From contig JAXLNO010000416.1 in assembly GCA_038087875.1 (NCBI GenBank), forward strand, positions 62,001 through 126,000: a stretch of 64,000 bases of DNA, given 5' to 3'. How positions within the stretch are numbered: position 1 is the stretch's first letter; each line of letters opens with the position of its first letter. The translations under genes were made by a program, and so were the position numbers. Under the pieces are notes generated by a model. That model worked only from the letters and a program-made list of their open reading frames with translations, had not been told where the DNA came from and searched no databases. This document shows positions 1 through 12,704 of the stretch, piece after piece. This DNA comes from Malacoraja senta (Eukaryota).

Positions 1-120
1 ACGAACTATCAATATCCCTACTTTACTTAACTTTCTCTTTCATTTTCTTCCTTGCTTCTGTTACTTCTCTATTATTAAATTTTAAACAAGAAGTAGTACA
101 AAAAATGTATTATGTTATAC

Positions 121-1976
121 ATAGATACATAGAAAATAGGTGCAGGAGTAGGCCATTCGGCCCTTCGAGCCTGCACCGCCATTCAATATGATCATGGCTG
201 ATCATTCAACTCAGTATCCCGTACCTGCCTTCTCTCCATACCCCCTGATCCCTTTAGCCACAAGGGCCACATCTATCTCCCTCTTAAATATAGCCAATGA
301 ACTGGCCTCAACTACCCTCTGTGGCAGAGAGTTCCAGAGATTCACCACTCTCTGTGTGAAAAAGGTTTTCCTCATCTCGGTCTTAAAGGATTTCCCCCTT
401 ATCCTTAAGCTGTGACCCCTTGTCCTGGACTTCCCCAACATCGGGAACAATCTTCCTGCATCTAGCCTGTGCAACCCCATAAGAACTTTGTACGTTTCTA
501 TAAGATCCCCTCTCAATCTCCTAAATTTTAGCGAGTATAAGCCAAGTCTATCCAGTCTTTCTTCATATGAAAGTCCTGACATCCCAGGAATCAGTCTGGT
601 GAAACTTCTCTGCACTCCCTCTATGGCTATAATGTCCTTCCTCAGATTTGGAGGCCAAAACTGTATGCAATACTCCAGGTGTGGTCTCACCAAGACCCTG
701 TACAACTGCAGTAGAACCTCCCTGCTCCTATACTCAAATCCTCTTGCTATGAAGGCCAACATACCATTCGCTTTCTTCACTGCCTGCTGCACCTGCATGC
801 CTACTTTCAATGACTGGTGTACCATGACACCCAGGTCTCGCTGCACCTCCCCATTTCCTAATCGGCCACCATTTAGATAATAGTCTGCCTTCCCGTTTTT
901 GCCACCAAAGTGGATAACCTCACATTTATCCACATTATACTGCATCTGCCAAACATTTGCCCACTCACCCAGCCTATCCAAGTCACCTTGCAGTCTCCTA
1001 GCATCCTCCTCACAGCTAACACTGCCCCCCAGCTTAGTGTCATCCGCAAACTTGGAGATGTTGCTTTCAATTCCCTCGTCCAGATCATTAATATAAATTG
1101 TAAATAGCTGGGGTCCCAGCACTGAGCCTTGCGGTACCCCACTAGTCACTGCCTGCCATTGTGAAAAGGACCCGTTTACTCCTACTCTTTGCTTCCTGTT
1201 TGCCAGCCAGTTCTCTATCCACATCAATACTGAACCCCCAATACCGTGTGATTTAAGTTTGTATCCTAATCTCTTATGTGTTACCTTGTCGAAAGCCTTC
1301 TGAAAGTCCAGATACAACACATCCACTGGTTCTCCCCTATCCACTCTACTAGTTACATCCTCGAAAAATTCTATAAGATTCGTCAGACACGATTTACCTT
1401 TCGTAAATCCATGCTGACTTTGTCCAATGATTTCACCACTTTCCAAATGTGCTGCTATCCCATCTTTAATAAGTGACTCTAGCAGTTTCCCCACTACCGA
1501 TGTTAGACTAACTGGTCTGTAATTCCCCGTTTTCTCTCTCCCTCCGTTCTTAAAAAGTGGGGTTACGTTTGCTACCCTCCAATCCTCAGGAACTACTCCA
1601 GAATCTAAAGAATTTTGAAAAATTATCACTAATGCATCCACTATTTCTGGAGCTACTTCCTTAAGTACTCTGGGATGCAGCCTATCTGGCCCTGGTGATT
1701 TATCGGCCTTTAATCCATTCAATTTACCCAACACCACTTCCCGACTAACCTGGATTTCACTCAGTTCCTCCATCTCCTTTGACCCGCGGCCCCCTGCTAT
1801 TTCCGGCAGATTATTTATGTCTTCCTTCGTGAAGACGGAACCAAAGTAGTTATTCAATTGGTCCGCCATATCCTTGTTCCTCATGATCAATTCACCTGTT
1901 TCTGACTGCAAGGGACCTACATTTGTTTTAACTAATCTCTTTCTCTTCACATATCTATAAAAACGTTTGCAGTCAG
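121..1976 (-). mobile_element. 5'-truncated CR1 (HER1-like) LINE with uninterrupted RT-region ORF (211..~1976)
   Basis: ORF has [36 protein letters not shown] and KFADDTKL motifs, with a CR1-type 3' tail at 121-210. ATAC flanks both ends (117-120, 1977-1980). The empty site is visible in the right arm near 48170-48200. Confidence 0.93.
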
Positions 1977-2089
1977 ATACACGGTTTATACTACTGTACA
2001 TTGCTTCTAACAAAAGTATTAATAAAAAAATAAAAACATGAATTAAAAAAAATAATAATAATAATAATAATTCTGGTGTGTTTCTTAAC

Positions 2090-2690
2090 CTTTCCTATAT
2101 TCTCTTTCCCTTTAACTCCATCCTTGTATTTCCAATTTGTCTCACCCCCCACTATTTACTTTAACCCCCCCCCCCCCGGGTAGCAGTGGCAAACCTGCCT
2201 GCCACAATGCTGGTCCCCCGTCCCTTTTGTACAATTCACCCTTACCCCAAAACAGATACCATGGGCTAAGAATCCAAATCCCTCCCCCCTGCACCAGCTC
2301 CTCAGCCACACCTTCAGATCCCCTATCTCCCTGTTCCTGCCCTCTCCAGCACGACAAACTGGAAGCAAACCGGAGATAACCACCCTGGAGATCCTGCGTT
2401 TTATCCTTCTTCCGAGCTCTGTAAGGTCACGCTGTAGAATCTCTTTCCTCTTCTTCCCGACATCATGTAGTACCACGTCCGGCTGTTCAGCTTCACCCTT
2501 GAGGATGCCCTGTAATTGGTCCGTGACGTCCTGGATCCTGGCACCAGGGAGGCAACACACCATCTTTGAATCCCGCCTGTTGCTGCAGAAACCCCTTTCT
2601 ACCTTTCACGATGGAGTCCCCGACATCCACGGCTCTGCCTGATGTCTGTCTCTTCGGCTTTGTTTCAGCGCCACTTGTTGACTCACAGAC
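2090..2690 (-). pseudogene. Degraded CR1 ORF1 (SGNH/GDSL esterase-like), left-arm copy
   Basis: VGDSIV and CCLPGARIQDV motifs, frameshifted; mirror of 47440-48070. Confidence 0.75.
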
Positions 2691-3078
2691 CTGTCTGCCG
2701 CTCAGATTGGCAGTTAATGATGGATAGATTTTTGCTGAACAAAGATTCAGGCAAACATCTATGACCAATACAAATAAGTGTTAAATATTTGGTTTGTGTG
2801 TGCGTTGGGAGGGTGGTGGAGTGAATGGTTTAATTATTAATTTCAACAATCTACATTTTAAAGGGAAAAGATGAGTTGCCGCTAGGATTTGGACCCAAAG
2901 ATGCAACTGCGATTCCAGGTCTGACAAAATATTAAAAAATCTTCAGCAAATTATTCAAAATGACAATTCCTGTCACTGTGAATGACACACACCTATAGGG
3001 GCAATGTTGGCGGGAAATCTGAAGAGAAAGTTAATTGCAGGTGAACTACATTTGTATTCTGTAAACATCACCACTAAC

Positions 3079-4468
3079 CAGGCACGTGCCGTCAGGGTAG
3101 GTAAGGGAGGCACTGCCTACCCAGACTAAAATTATAAAATGGTAATAACTAAATATAAATAGTAAAGGCATGGGAGAATTATGCCTATCTAAGGGATCGA
3201 TCTCTTAGGTAGGCATAATTCTCCATGCCTTATATCCGCAGCGCTTGTAACCCTTGAAGGTCTGTGCAGCCCACGTGTCGTCAGCGCTGCTTCAAACCGT
3301 CAATGACAAGGGAGCTGAAGGCAGCAGAAATTCAGCCTTTGCAGCACTGGGCAAGCAGCAGCCTACTGCACATGCGCAGCGCTGGTTTCTTGGCGGGTTT
3401 TCAAAAATGGATTGTCAATATTTTAAGTGTATCTTAGGAAACAAAGAGAGAAGAATGGAGTTTGTGTACTGATAATGTGGTAAGTACATTTTGTGTTTAT
3501 GTTTCTAAATACCGTATTTCCCGGGGTGTGGGGGAGGAGAGATTCTTTCTTAGCGTTTGGAGAATCTGGCCTGGGGTAGAGTTGCGGGGAGGGCATGAAT
3601 GTTGTGAAGGAGGTGTCGGGATCATGCCACTTGCAACGCTCCATGCACGGAGCTACCGCATTGAGGCCGGGGGGGGGGGGAGAAGTAGCTCGGGTGGCTG
3701 CGAGCGGCCGCCTGGCTGGACAGCGGAACCGGCCGCTACCTTAGCTGCTTCTGCCGGCCCCCGCTCACTTCTGGCAGCTCTCCGTCTAATAACCTCTCTC
3801 CTGCCGCTCGCTGGCCGCACTCATGTCAGGTTGAGGTTGAGGTTACTCGGCTGTGGGAATTTGCAGGAAGCTGCTGACATGAGCGAGCGGCAGGTGCAAG
3901 GTGTTCAGACGGGGAGCACTGCCAAAGGTGAGCGGGCCGGCAGAAGGCACTGAAGTTACGGCCAGTTCTGCTGTCGGCTCCCGGTGGCCGCTCGCAGCTC
4001 CCCGAGCTGCTTCTATCCCTGGCTACAATGCGGTGGCTTCGCGCCCGGAGCGCCGCAGCAGCGGTGAGTGAGTGAGTTACTGGCATTATCCCCGACCCCC
4101 TCCTTCTCAACAATCCTGCCCTCCCCGCAACTTTACCTTTGGCACAGACTCTCCACACGCTGTGAAAGGAACTCTCCCCCCAATTGGTCCCTTGAACAAG
4201 TGTTGTCATTCAATTAGATGACAACTGATTCAACTTTTGCCTGTACTCCCGTTTTTCCCCACCATCTCGCCACCTGCCATCACCCTTCACCCCCCACCCA
4301 TTCAGTAATTCTGAATAAAGAAACTTGGAAGCCTTGGGCAAATTGAATTGTTACTGTCTTTATTTTTATTTTTATTTTTACGGAGAGAACAATCTGCGCA
4401 TGCGCGGTTTAATTGTTTTAAAGCTGACTGACTGCCTACCTTGAGTAATTACTCACGGCACGTGCCTG
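3079..4468. mobile_element. Non-autonomous hAT-type DNA transposon
   Basis: TIRs CAGGCACGTGCCGT (3079) and ACGGCACGTGCCTG (ending 4468). Perfect 8-bp TSD CCACTAAC at 3071-3078 and 4469-4476. No transposase ORF. Confidence 0.88.
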
Positions 4469-7427
4469 CCACTAACGTAGAACTCCGGCTGGGCACGGTT
4501 CAATTTAACACATTGACATGAGTGGGCCTAGTGATTGCTTTGTCAATCTGGAAACCAACAACATTCTTGTTCAAATGTTTTGGGACCAGAGAGGAGGGGC
4601 CAGCTGTGTATTGGGAAGAATTCAGTGGGGTGGGAGACTGTCTCTGGAGGATGGGTGGAGTTGGGGTGATGGGCGAGGGGTGGGCGGTGCAAGTGGAAGA
4701 GGTGATGATAAAGGCAGTCTTTGTGGATTCATCACAAGCCAGGTTTAGATCCGAGACGGAAAGACAGCAACTGGCTGATGGAAGGGAATCACAAGGCCAG
4801 GTGAGGAAAGTTTTGTGAATATAATCTTTTAACAGGATGGCCAGTGTTCAGTTTACAAGTTGCTCTGAGATGCTTCTTGCCTACTCAGTCACGCGTCTAA
4901 ACATTTTTCAGGTACTGATTAGAATTTGGAAATGTTATCAAAGTGGGAAAATAAATGGGGTAAAATCTGTGGTCTGGTGCAGTTCCGGTGTCCACTAGAG
5001 ATGTAGTAATGATGCAAAGTTTAACTTGCATTTAACTGTAAATTGGAGCCCTTTCCCCTGTCTCAGTCTGAAGAAGGGTCTCGACCTCAATCCTGTTTCC
5101 AGAGATGTTGTCTGACCCTCTGAGTTACTCCAGCTTCTTTTTGTCTATCTTGGGCCTAGGGAGTGATTGCTTTATCAATCGGGCTCTGCCCCGGCAACTA
5201 AACCTTTGCCCGCATGTTTTGGGACCGGAGACAGGAGGGTGGGCACTGTGCTGTTGGTGTGTATTGGGAAGAAGTCCGTGGGGTGGGATGACTTGCTCTG
5301 GAGGGTGGGCAGAATTCTGCCATTGCCAGTCCCTGACTGTATCATTGGGCCGGGGGTTGGGGCGATGGACGGGAAGTGGTGGTGCAAAGTACAAGAGTAA
5401 TCATAAGGATGAATCAAGCCTTTGTGGATTCAACACAAGACAGCAGCTGGCTGATGGAGGGGAAAGACAGGAAAAAACAGGATGGCTCATGTTCAGTTTA
5501 CAAGTTGCTCACAGATGACTCTTGCTTTTGCAGAGATCTGCGTCTAAACATTCTTAAGATGCTCATTAGAATTTTGAAATTTAATCAAATGAAAAGAGGT
5601 GGAAATCTGTGGTCTGGTGCAGTTCAGGTGTGTTCCGTTGCAACGTTTTGCTTGTATTTAACTGTAAGCTGGAAATGAGGGACTTCTTTGAATGAATTCT
5701 TTGAAAAGTGTGAAAACAATCTCATCACAAGGATTGGATTGCTGAAAGCAACACTGGTGTGCTTGATAGTTTATCTAACTGAAGAAGTATAACTATCCAC
5801 ACTACTTGTTTTCAATGGCATGACTGTGGTTCCCTGTATTTGTGTGAAACAAGCCATTGAAATTATGTCTACACAGGGCTTCAAGTAGTTCACCCATTTT
5901 TGGAAACGTTGAATTTGTGCTGTTCTCTGACTTTTATAGTTGACCATGAATCTATTGTTTCTGTTCCTTTGTAGAAACAAGAAACTAGATGCTGGTTAAT
6001 CCACTAAAGGGGACAAAGTGCTGGAGTAAACCAGCAGGTCAGGCAGCATCTCTAGAGCACATGAGGTGTTGTTTTGGGTTGGGAACCTTCTTCAGTTCAG
6101 ACTGAGTTTCTCCAACACATTGTGTCCTTTCCCTTCTGTTCCTTTGTTCACTGCTATGCTGTTACCCTATCTAGAGGGGAGAATGGGTTGGGAGAAAGGT
6201 AGTTCAGCCATTATTGAATGGCGGAGTGGTATTTAATGGGCCGAATGGCCTGATTCTGCTCCTATGAATGATGAACGTGCTGGGGCCTGGGCAATTGCCT
6301 GTTGTGAATTGCATGTCAGGAAATGGATATTCCAAATGCTCGTATTGGCACGATTTGAAGCAACTGCAATCTTTTGCTTTTCTCCATCTTGTTTTGTGGC
6401 AGTTGATGATGCTTTGATTTTGGTGAACAAAGATTCATGTCACCATCAATGGTTGCCTTCAGTGTTTGGTGTTGATTATGAGGATTATGTGTGGTGCCTT
6501 TACTAAGAGCTGTTTGGATTTAGACCCAAAGATTTTAATGACAAAAAGCTTAAAAAAGATACTTCAGTACAATTGTTCAATGTCACAACTGCCAGCACTC
6601 AATGACGTCACAACTAGCAGGATAATGCAGGCAGGCAATCTGAACAGAAAGTAAGTTGTTTGTGAATTAAAGTTCACATCTGTAGACATCAGCGCTAACG
6701 TAGGATGTCACACCTCTGCAATAATTCAAATGATCCAGTACAAACATGATTACCCCAATCTACATGCAGTGAAATCCCCACATGCATATTGAAGTCACAT
6801 TGCCTTGCTTACATGCCGATTATACAGGGCTGCCAACTCTCACGCTTTCAGCGTGAGAATCACGCCTTGGAGCAAATTCTCACGCCCTCACGCTCATGAC
6901 CGAGTTCTCACGCTGAGTTCAGTGCCTGCACAGTTTGTCCCTTTGCGCCACGTGCCAGGGATCTGCACGGTCTGGGGAAGCGCGTCTGTTGCCGGCTGTG
7001 AGTGATGTCGCGTCTCTTCTCTCTTGGTTGGATTTGCAGCCGCCGGGTGTCAGCAGCTCTATGTGCCGGCTGTGAGCGCTGCGCTGCCGACCGCCGCTGC
7101 AGCCTCGCACCCTCCCTCCCTCCCTCCCTCCCTCCCTCCTGCCCTTCAAATCACACGGCAGCGCCAGCGCAGCCAATCCACGCTACACCGTGCGCGCCAG
7201 ACTCCCCATTGGGCGGCCGGGGAGAGAGAGGGAGGGGGATAAGAGAGAGAGAGAGAGAGGGAAAGAAAAAAAAGGGAGGGATGGAGGCAAAGCGAGACAT
7301 GGGGAGGGAATGTAGAAAGGCGATGAAGGAAGGAAAGGAGAAAGTGGAGTAAGAGGGAGGGGGAGGAAAGAGGGAAGGATGGGCGCAGGAGGGAGGGAGG
7401 GGAGGATGGAGGGAGGGGGAAGAAGAG

Positions 7428-7634
7428 GTGTGTGTGTGTGCTTGTGTGTCTGTCTCCCTGTGTGTGTCTCCTTGTGTGTGTGTGGGTGTGTGTGTCCCTG
7501 TGTGTGTGTGTGTCTCCCTGTGTGTGTGTGTCTCCCTGTGTGTGTGTGTCTCCCTGTGTGTGTGTCTCCCTGTGTGTGTGTGTCTCCCTGTGTGTGTGTG
7601 TGTGTGTGACTCCCTGTGTGTGCGTGTGTCTCGC

Positions 7635-7667
<33 letters not shown>

Positions 7668-7816
7668 GTGTGTGTGTGTCTCCCTGTGTGTATGCGTGAC
7701 CCCCTGCGTGTGTGTCTCCCTGTGTGTGTGTGTATCTCCCTGTGTGTGCGTGTCTGTGTGTCTCCCTGTGTGTGTGTCTCCCTGTGTGTATGTGTGTCTC
7801 CCTGTGTGTGTGTCTC

Positions 7817-7849
<33 letters not shown>

Positions 7850-7903
7850 CTCCCTGTGTCTGTGTGTCTCCCTGTGTGTGTGTCTCCCTGTGTGTGTGTG
7901 TGC
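7428..7903. repeat. Compound (GT)n / GTCTCCCT minisatellite
   Basis: Seen directly; mirror at ~38758-39200 has a different length. Confidence 0.95.
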
Positions 7904-8290
7904 GCAGGGCTGCCAACTCTCACGCATTGAGCGTGAGACTCACGCATTTCACAAAACTTTCATGCTCTCACGCTGATCACAAAATTATATAATGAGAATA
8001 GGACCTGTTTTGCTTAACAAATAGTGTTGGAAGGAATTGCTGATGCTGGTTTAAACTGAAGATAGACACTAAAAACTAGAAAAACTCAGCAGGACAGGCA
8101 GCATCTCTGGAGAGAAAGAATGGGTGATCTTTCGAGTCGAGACCTTCAGCCTGAAGAGATTGAAAAACCAGCCATAAAACACAATGACTGGACATGTGTG
8201 TTATCCAACTAAGGGCAGAAATCAGAATCATGTGTTCATCTTTATTCACGTGACACCATAATAAATATATTACAGAAAAAATAATTTAAT

Positions 8291-8500
8291 GGGGTGGCAC
8301 GGTGGCGCAGTGGTAGAGTTGCTGCCTTACTACCACATGGGTTTTCTCTGGATATTCCGGTTTCTCCCATATCCGAAAGAAGTGCAGGTTTGTAGGTTAA
8401 TTGGCTTCTGTAAATTGTCCCTGGCGTGATGGATGGAATTGGTGTATGATAGATTGCTGGTCGGTTTGGACTTTCTGGGCGGAAGGGCCTGTTTCCATAT
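8291..8500 (+). mobile_element. HE1-like tRNA-derived SINE (internally deleted)
   Basis: Head GGGGTGGCACGGTGGCGCAGTGGTAGAGTTGCTGCC with Pol III A-box, body CAGGTTTGTAGGTTAATTGGC, and CR1-like tail GAAGGGCCTGTTTCC. Confidence 0.7.
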
Positions 8501-9189
8501 ATATTTTTACATATATATCTTAATTGCATTGAACCATATATGATTGAATATGTGGCATTATTTTCGTCTTGTATCTATATTCAAATGGTAAGGTTGAAAC
8601 CGTCTGAAGTAGGGTTTCGGCCCGAAACGTTGCCTATTTCCTTCGCTCCATAGATGCTGCCGCACCCGATGAATTTCTCCAGCAATTTTGTCTACCTCCG
8701 ATTCTCCAGCATCTGTAGTTCCTTCATGAACAAGGTTGATTTATTTATTTGTGCAGGACAGTGATGGAAGTTCGACTTTTGCTTTGTTTCTCTGCATTTT
8801 TCTCTATATATATACATAACAGCATGAATATAATCTGATTTCCATATATGAATACAATCATTCATGTGCTGCACCTGTTGATCAGAGCCTGGCTCTATTG
8901 TGGAATGTAATTAGGAATGTAATTTAGCCTAACCTTATTCATACCTAATCCAATTCAAAGCATAAATGTTGCATTCAAATGCTGGTTAAAAGTTTCGCTA
9001 CAGTATGCACCAGATTGCACAATTTCAAGCTGAAAAATGCAAAAGCTCCCAACCATGGGAGGGGGAACACCCCCTCCCACACCCTCACCCCCCGGTTGCT
9101 ATGCTCCCTCGCAATTTCTCACTCTCAACTCTCACCCAATGTTGACAGCCCTGCTATTCCCCATTTTAAGTGACTACAATGGGAGTGCC

Positions 9190-9970
9190 AGCAGTCAAGA
9201 TGGCCACCTCCCTGGGATTCATCTCCCTTTGACTTCAATGGAAGCGCCCAGATGAAAGATGGCCGCCACCCTGGGCTTCACCTCCCATTGACTTCAATGG
9301 AAGCGCCCTGACCAAAGATGGCCGCCTCCCTGACCTCACGTCATTGCCTTAAATGGAAGTGCCCTGACCAAATATGTCCGCCCCCTGGCCTCACCTCCCA
9401 TTGACTGCAATGGAAGTGCCCTGACCAAATATGGCCGCCCCCTGGCCTCACCACCCATTGACTTCAATGAAAGTGCCCTGACCAAAGATGGCCGCCTCCC
9501 TGACCTCACCTCCCATTGATTTCAATGTGCCCTGACCAAAGATGGCCGCCTCCTTGGAGAGGGAAAAGAGATAGAGAAGGAGAGAGAGAGAAGGGAATGA
9601 GAAGAGGAAGCCAGAGGAGCGGAGAGAGAGAACGAGAAAGAAAGAGGGAGAGAGAGAGAGAGAGAAAAAAATGAAGGCTGCCAGTAGCTAAGATGGCCGT
9701 CCAGGGCTTCACTCATATTGACTTCAATGGAAGCCTTCCAGTAACTAAGATGGCCGCCCAGAACATCACTCCCTTTGACTTCAATGTCAGTGCCTTGACC
9801 AAAGATGGACGCCTCCTTGGGCTTCACTCCCATTGACTTCAATGGAACACTGCCAGTAGCTAAGATGGCCGCCCGGGGCTTCACTGTCAATGGACTGCAA
9901 CAGCAGACTGCCAGTCAACAAGATGGCCGCCTGCAGCTCCACAGGGAAATGCCAGCATCCAAAATGGCTT
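9190..9970. repeat. ~57-bp tandem array, each unit with AAGATGGCCGCC (YY1-type) and CCATTGACTTCAATGG palindrome
   Basis: About 13 units read directly, interrupted by a GA tract at 9557-9672; mirror at ~36690-37470. Confidence 0.85.
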
Positions 9971-10017
9971 CACTCTCATTAACTTCAATGGCAGGCTGCC
10001 TGTAGACAAAGTGTTTA

Positions 10018-10285
10018 GTGACAAGTGTAGAATCTCTTGCAGCTGCAAGGGAAAGTGCCCGGGGAGGGGGCGGTGCGGGAGGGAAGGGAAGAATTGACCA
10101 GGGAGTTACGGAGGGAGCGGTGTTTGCGGAAAGCAGACGGGGGGGAGATGGGAAGATGTGGCGAGTGGTGGGGTCACGTTGGAGGTGGCGAAAATTTGTT
10201 ATATGTGACGGTTAGTGGGGTGGAAGGTGAGGACTAATGGGATTCTGCCCTTGTTACGAGTGACAAGTGTAGCATCTCTTGCGGT
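10018..10285 (-). mobile_element. Inverted Penelope fragment adjoining the main element
   Basis: Reverse complement resembles 11140-11385; bounded by direct repeat GTGACAAGTGTAG(A/C)ATCTCTTGC at 10018 and 10260. Confidence 0.65.
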
Positions 10286-10299
10286 ACCGAACTTATTTC

Positions 10300-11950
10300 G
10301 ACATACCTTGACTCCATCCTATCCCGCCTGGTTAAATCCCACCCAAGACACCTCAGACACGTCGTCTCCGGGCATTCCATTCTCTAGGCCCCCATCCCCT
10401 CATCTTCACCATGGATGTCCAGTCACTCTACACCTCCATCCCCCACCACAAGGGTCTCAAAGCCCTCTGGTTCTTCCTCGACCGCAGAACCAACCAATCC
10501 CCGTCTACAGATACTCTCCTCCGCCTAGCGGAGCTGGTCCTTACCCGTAATAACTTTTTGCTTGACTCCTCCCATTTCCTCCAAATACAAGGCATAGCTA
10601 TGGGCACGTACATGGGCCCCAGCTATGCCTGCCTCTTTGTAGGTTACGTCGAACAATCCTTGTACGAGGCGTACCAGGGCCCCATCCCCGACCTCCACCT
10701 CCGCTACATCGACGATTGCATTGGTGCGACCTCCTGCACCCACACACAACACACTGACTTCAACCGCTTCACCTCTAACTTCCATCCGGCACTCAAATAC
10801 ACCTGGACCATTTCCGACACTTCCCTACCATTCCTTGACCTCACTATCTCCATCGCAGGTGATAGACTTCTGACCGACATCCACTACAAACCTACTGACT
10901 CCCATGGCTTTCTGGACTAAACTTCTTCCCACCCTGCTTCCTGTAAGGACTCCACCCCCTACTCCCAATTACTCCGTCTATGCCGCATCTGCTCCCAGGA
11001 TGAGGTGTTCCACAACAGGGCATCGGAAATGTCCTAATTCTTCAGGGAACGGGGGTTCCCCTCCCCTACTATAGATGGGGCTCTCACCAGGGTCTCTTCA
11101 ATACCCCGTAACACGGCTCTCTCTCCCCATCCCCCCACTTGTAACAAGGGCAGAGCACCCCTAGTCCTCACCTTTCACCTCACTAGCCGTCACATAAAAC
11201 AAATAGTCCTCCGTCATTTTCGCTACCTCCAACGTGACCCCACCATCTTCATATCACCTCGCCTGTTGGCTTTCCGCAGAGACCGATCCCTCCGTAACTC
11301 CCTGGTCAATTCTTCCCATCCCACCCAAACCACCCCTTCTCCGGGCACTTTCCCTTACAACCACAAGAAATGCTACACTTGTCGCTTTACCTCCCCCCTC
11401 GACTCCATTCAAGGACCCAAGCAGTCGTTCCAGGAGCGACAGAGGTTCACCTGCACCTCCTCCAACCTCATCTATCGCATCCGCTGCTCTAGATGTCAGC
11501 TGATCTACATCGGTGAGACCAAGCGTAGGCTTGGCGATCGCTTTGCCCAACACCTCCGCTCGATCCGCATTAACCAACCTGATCTCCCGGTGGCTCACAA
11601 CGTCAACTCCCCCCCCCCCATTCCGAATCCGACCTTTCTGTCCTGGGCCTCCTCCATGGCCAGAGTGAGGACCACCGCAAATTGGAGGAGCAGCACCTCA
11701 TATTTTGCTTGGGCAGTTTGCACCCCAGCGGTATGAACATTGACTTCTCTAATTTCAGGTAGTCCCTACTTTCTCCTCCCATTCTCAGCTCTCCCTCAGC
11801 CCACTGGCTTTTCCTCTTCCTTTCTTCTTCCCGCCCTCTCCCCCACCCTCACTTCAGTCTGAAGAAGGGTTTCAAGCCGAAACGTTGCTTATTTCCTTCC
11901 CTCCATAGATGCTGCCTCACCCGCTGAGTTTCACCAGCATTTTGTCTACC
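10300..11950 (+). mobile_element. Penelope-like element fragment (RT plus GIY-YIG endonuclease), with stops and frameshifts
   Basis: RT motifs MDVQSLYTSIP, GIAMGT.MGPSYA, RYIDD and LPFLD. GIY-YIG motif IYIGETKRRLGDRFAQH preceded by CxxC. 3' tail carries a hammerhead-like motif at 11859. Confidence 0.9.
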
Positions 11951-11974
11951 TGCCATTTTTATACCTTTTGGTTT

Positions 11975-12690
11975 CTTCGAGCCAGCACCGCCATATATTG
12001 TCATCATGGCTAATCATCCCCAATCACTACCCCGTTCCTGCCTTCTCCCCATATCCCCTGACTATCTTTAAGAGCCCTATCGAGCTCTCTCTTGAAAGCA
12101 TCCAGAGAACCGGCCTCCACTGCCCTCTGAGGCAGATAATTCCACACTCACAGCTCTCTGTGTGAAAAGGTTTCTCCTCATCGCAGTCCGAAATGGCCAC
12201 AGATTCACAACTCTCTTGGGTGGAAAAGTTTCTCCTCATCTCCGTTCTAAATGGCTTACCGCTTATTCTTAAACTGTGACCTCTGGTTCTGAACTCCCCC
12301 AACATCGGGAACATGTTTCCTGCCTCTAGCGTGTCCAAATCCTTAACAATCTTATATGTTTCAATAAGATTCCCTCTCATCCTTCTAAACTCCAGAGTGT
12401 ACAAGCCCAGCCCATCCATTCTCTCAGCATATGACAGTCCTGCTATGACGGGAATTAACTTGGTGAACCTACGCTGGGCTCCCTCAATAGCAAGAATGTC
12501 CTTCCTCAAGTTTGGAGACCAAAACTGCACACATAACTCCAGGTGTGGTCTCACCAGGGCCCTGTACAACTGCAGAAGGACCTCTTTGCTCCAATACTCA
12601 ACTCCTCTTGTTATGAAGGCCAACATGCCATTCGCTTTCTTCACTGCCTGTTGTACCTGCATGCTTACTTTCATTGACTGATGAACAAGG
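11975..12690 (-). mobile_element. CR1 3' fragment
   Basis: ORF 12027..12674 is the CR1 ORF2 C-terminus (LYRALVRPHLE, RTRGHSLRI). Confidence 0.88.
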
Positions 12691-12704
12691 GCCCCCAGAT
12701 CCCA

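Larger units (their letters stand above)
6824..9153. mobile_element. Probable hAT-like non-autonomous element(s) with duplicated left end
   Basis: CAGGGCTGCCAACTCTCACGC at ~6824 and ~7905, with inverted GTTGACAGCCCTG ending at 9153 (mirror reads CAGGGCTGCCAAC at ~37508). No TSD found. Confidence 0.45.

Noticed and set aside
2715..2770. Hairpin ATAGATTTTTGCTGAA-CAAAGA-TTCAGGCAAACATCTAT as a pre-miRNA
   Set aside because: Short, and pairing is not kept in related copies at 49170-49220 and 53235-53285.
7146..7992. Long His/Thr- and Cys/Val-rich ORFs (also 38669-39482 and 27720-28341)
   Set aside because: Translations of (CA)n/(GT)n repeats or of the N gap.
8291..8340. tRNA-like A-box sequence (also 21620-21685 and 60350-60425)
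   Set aside because: SINE heads with no complete cloverleaf.
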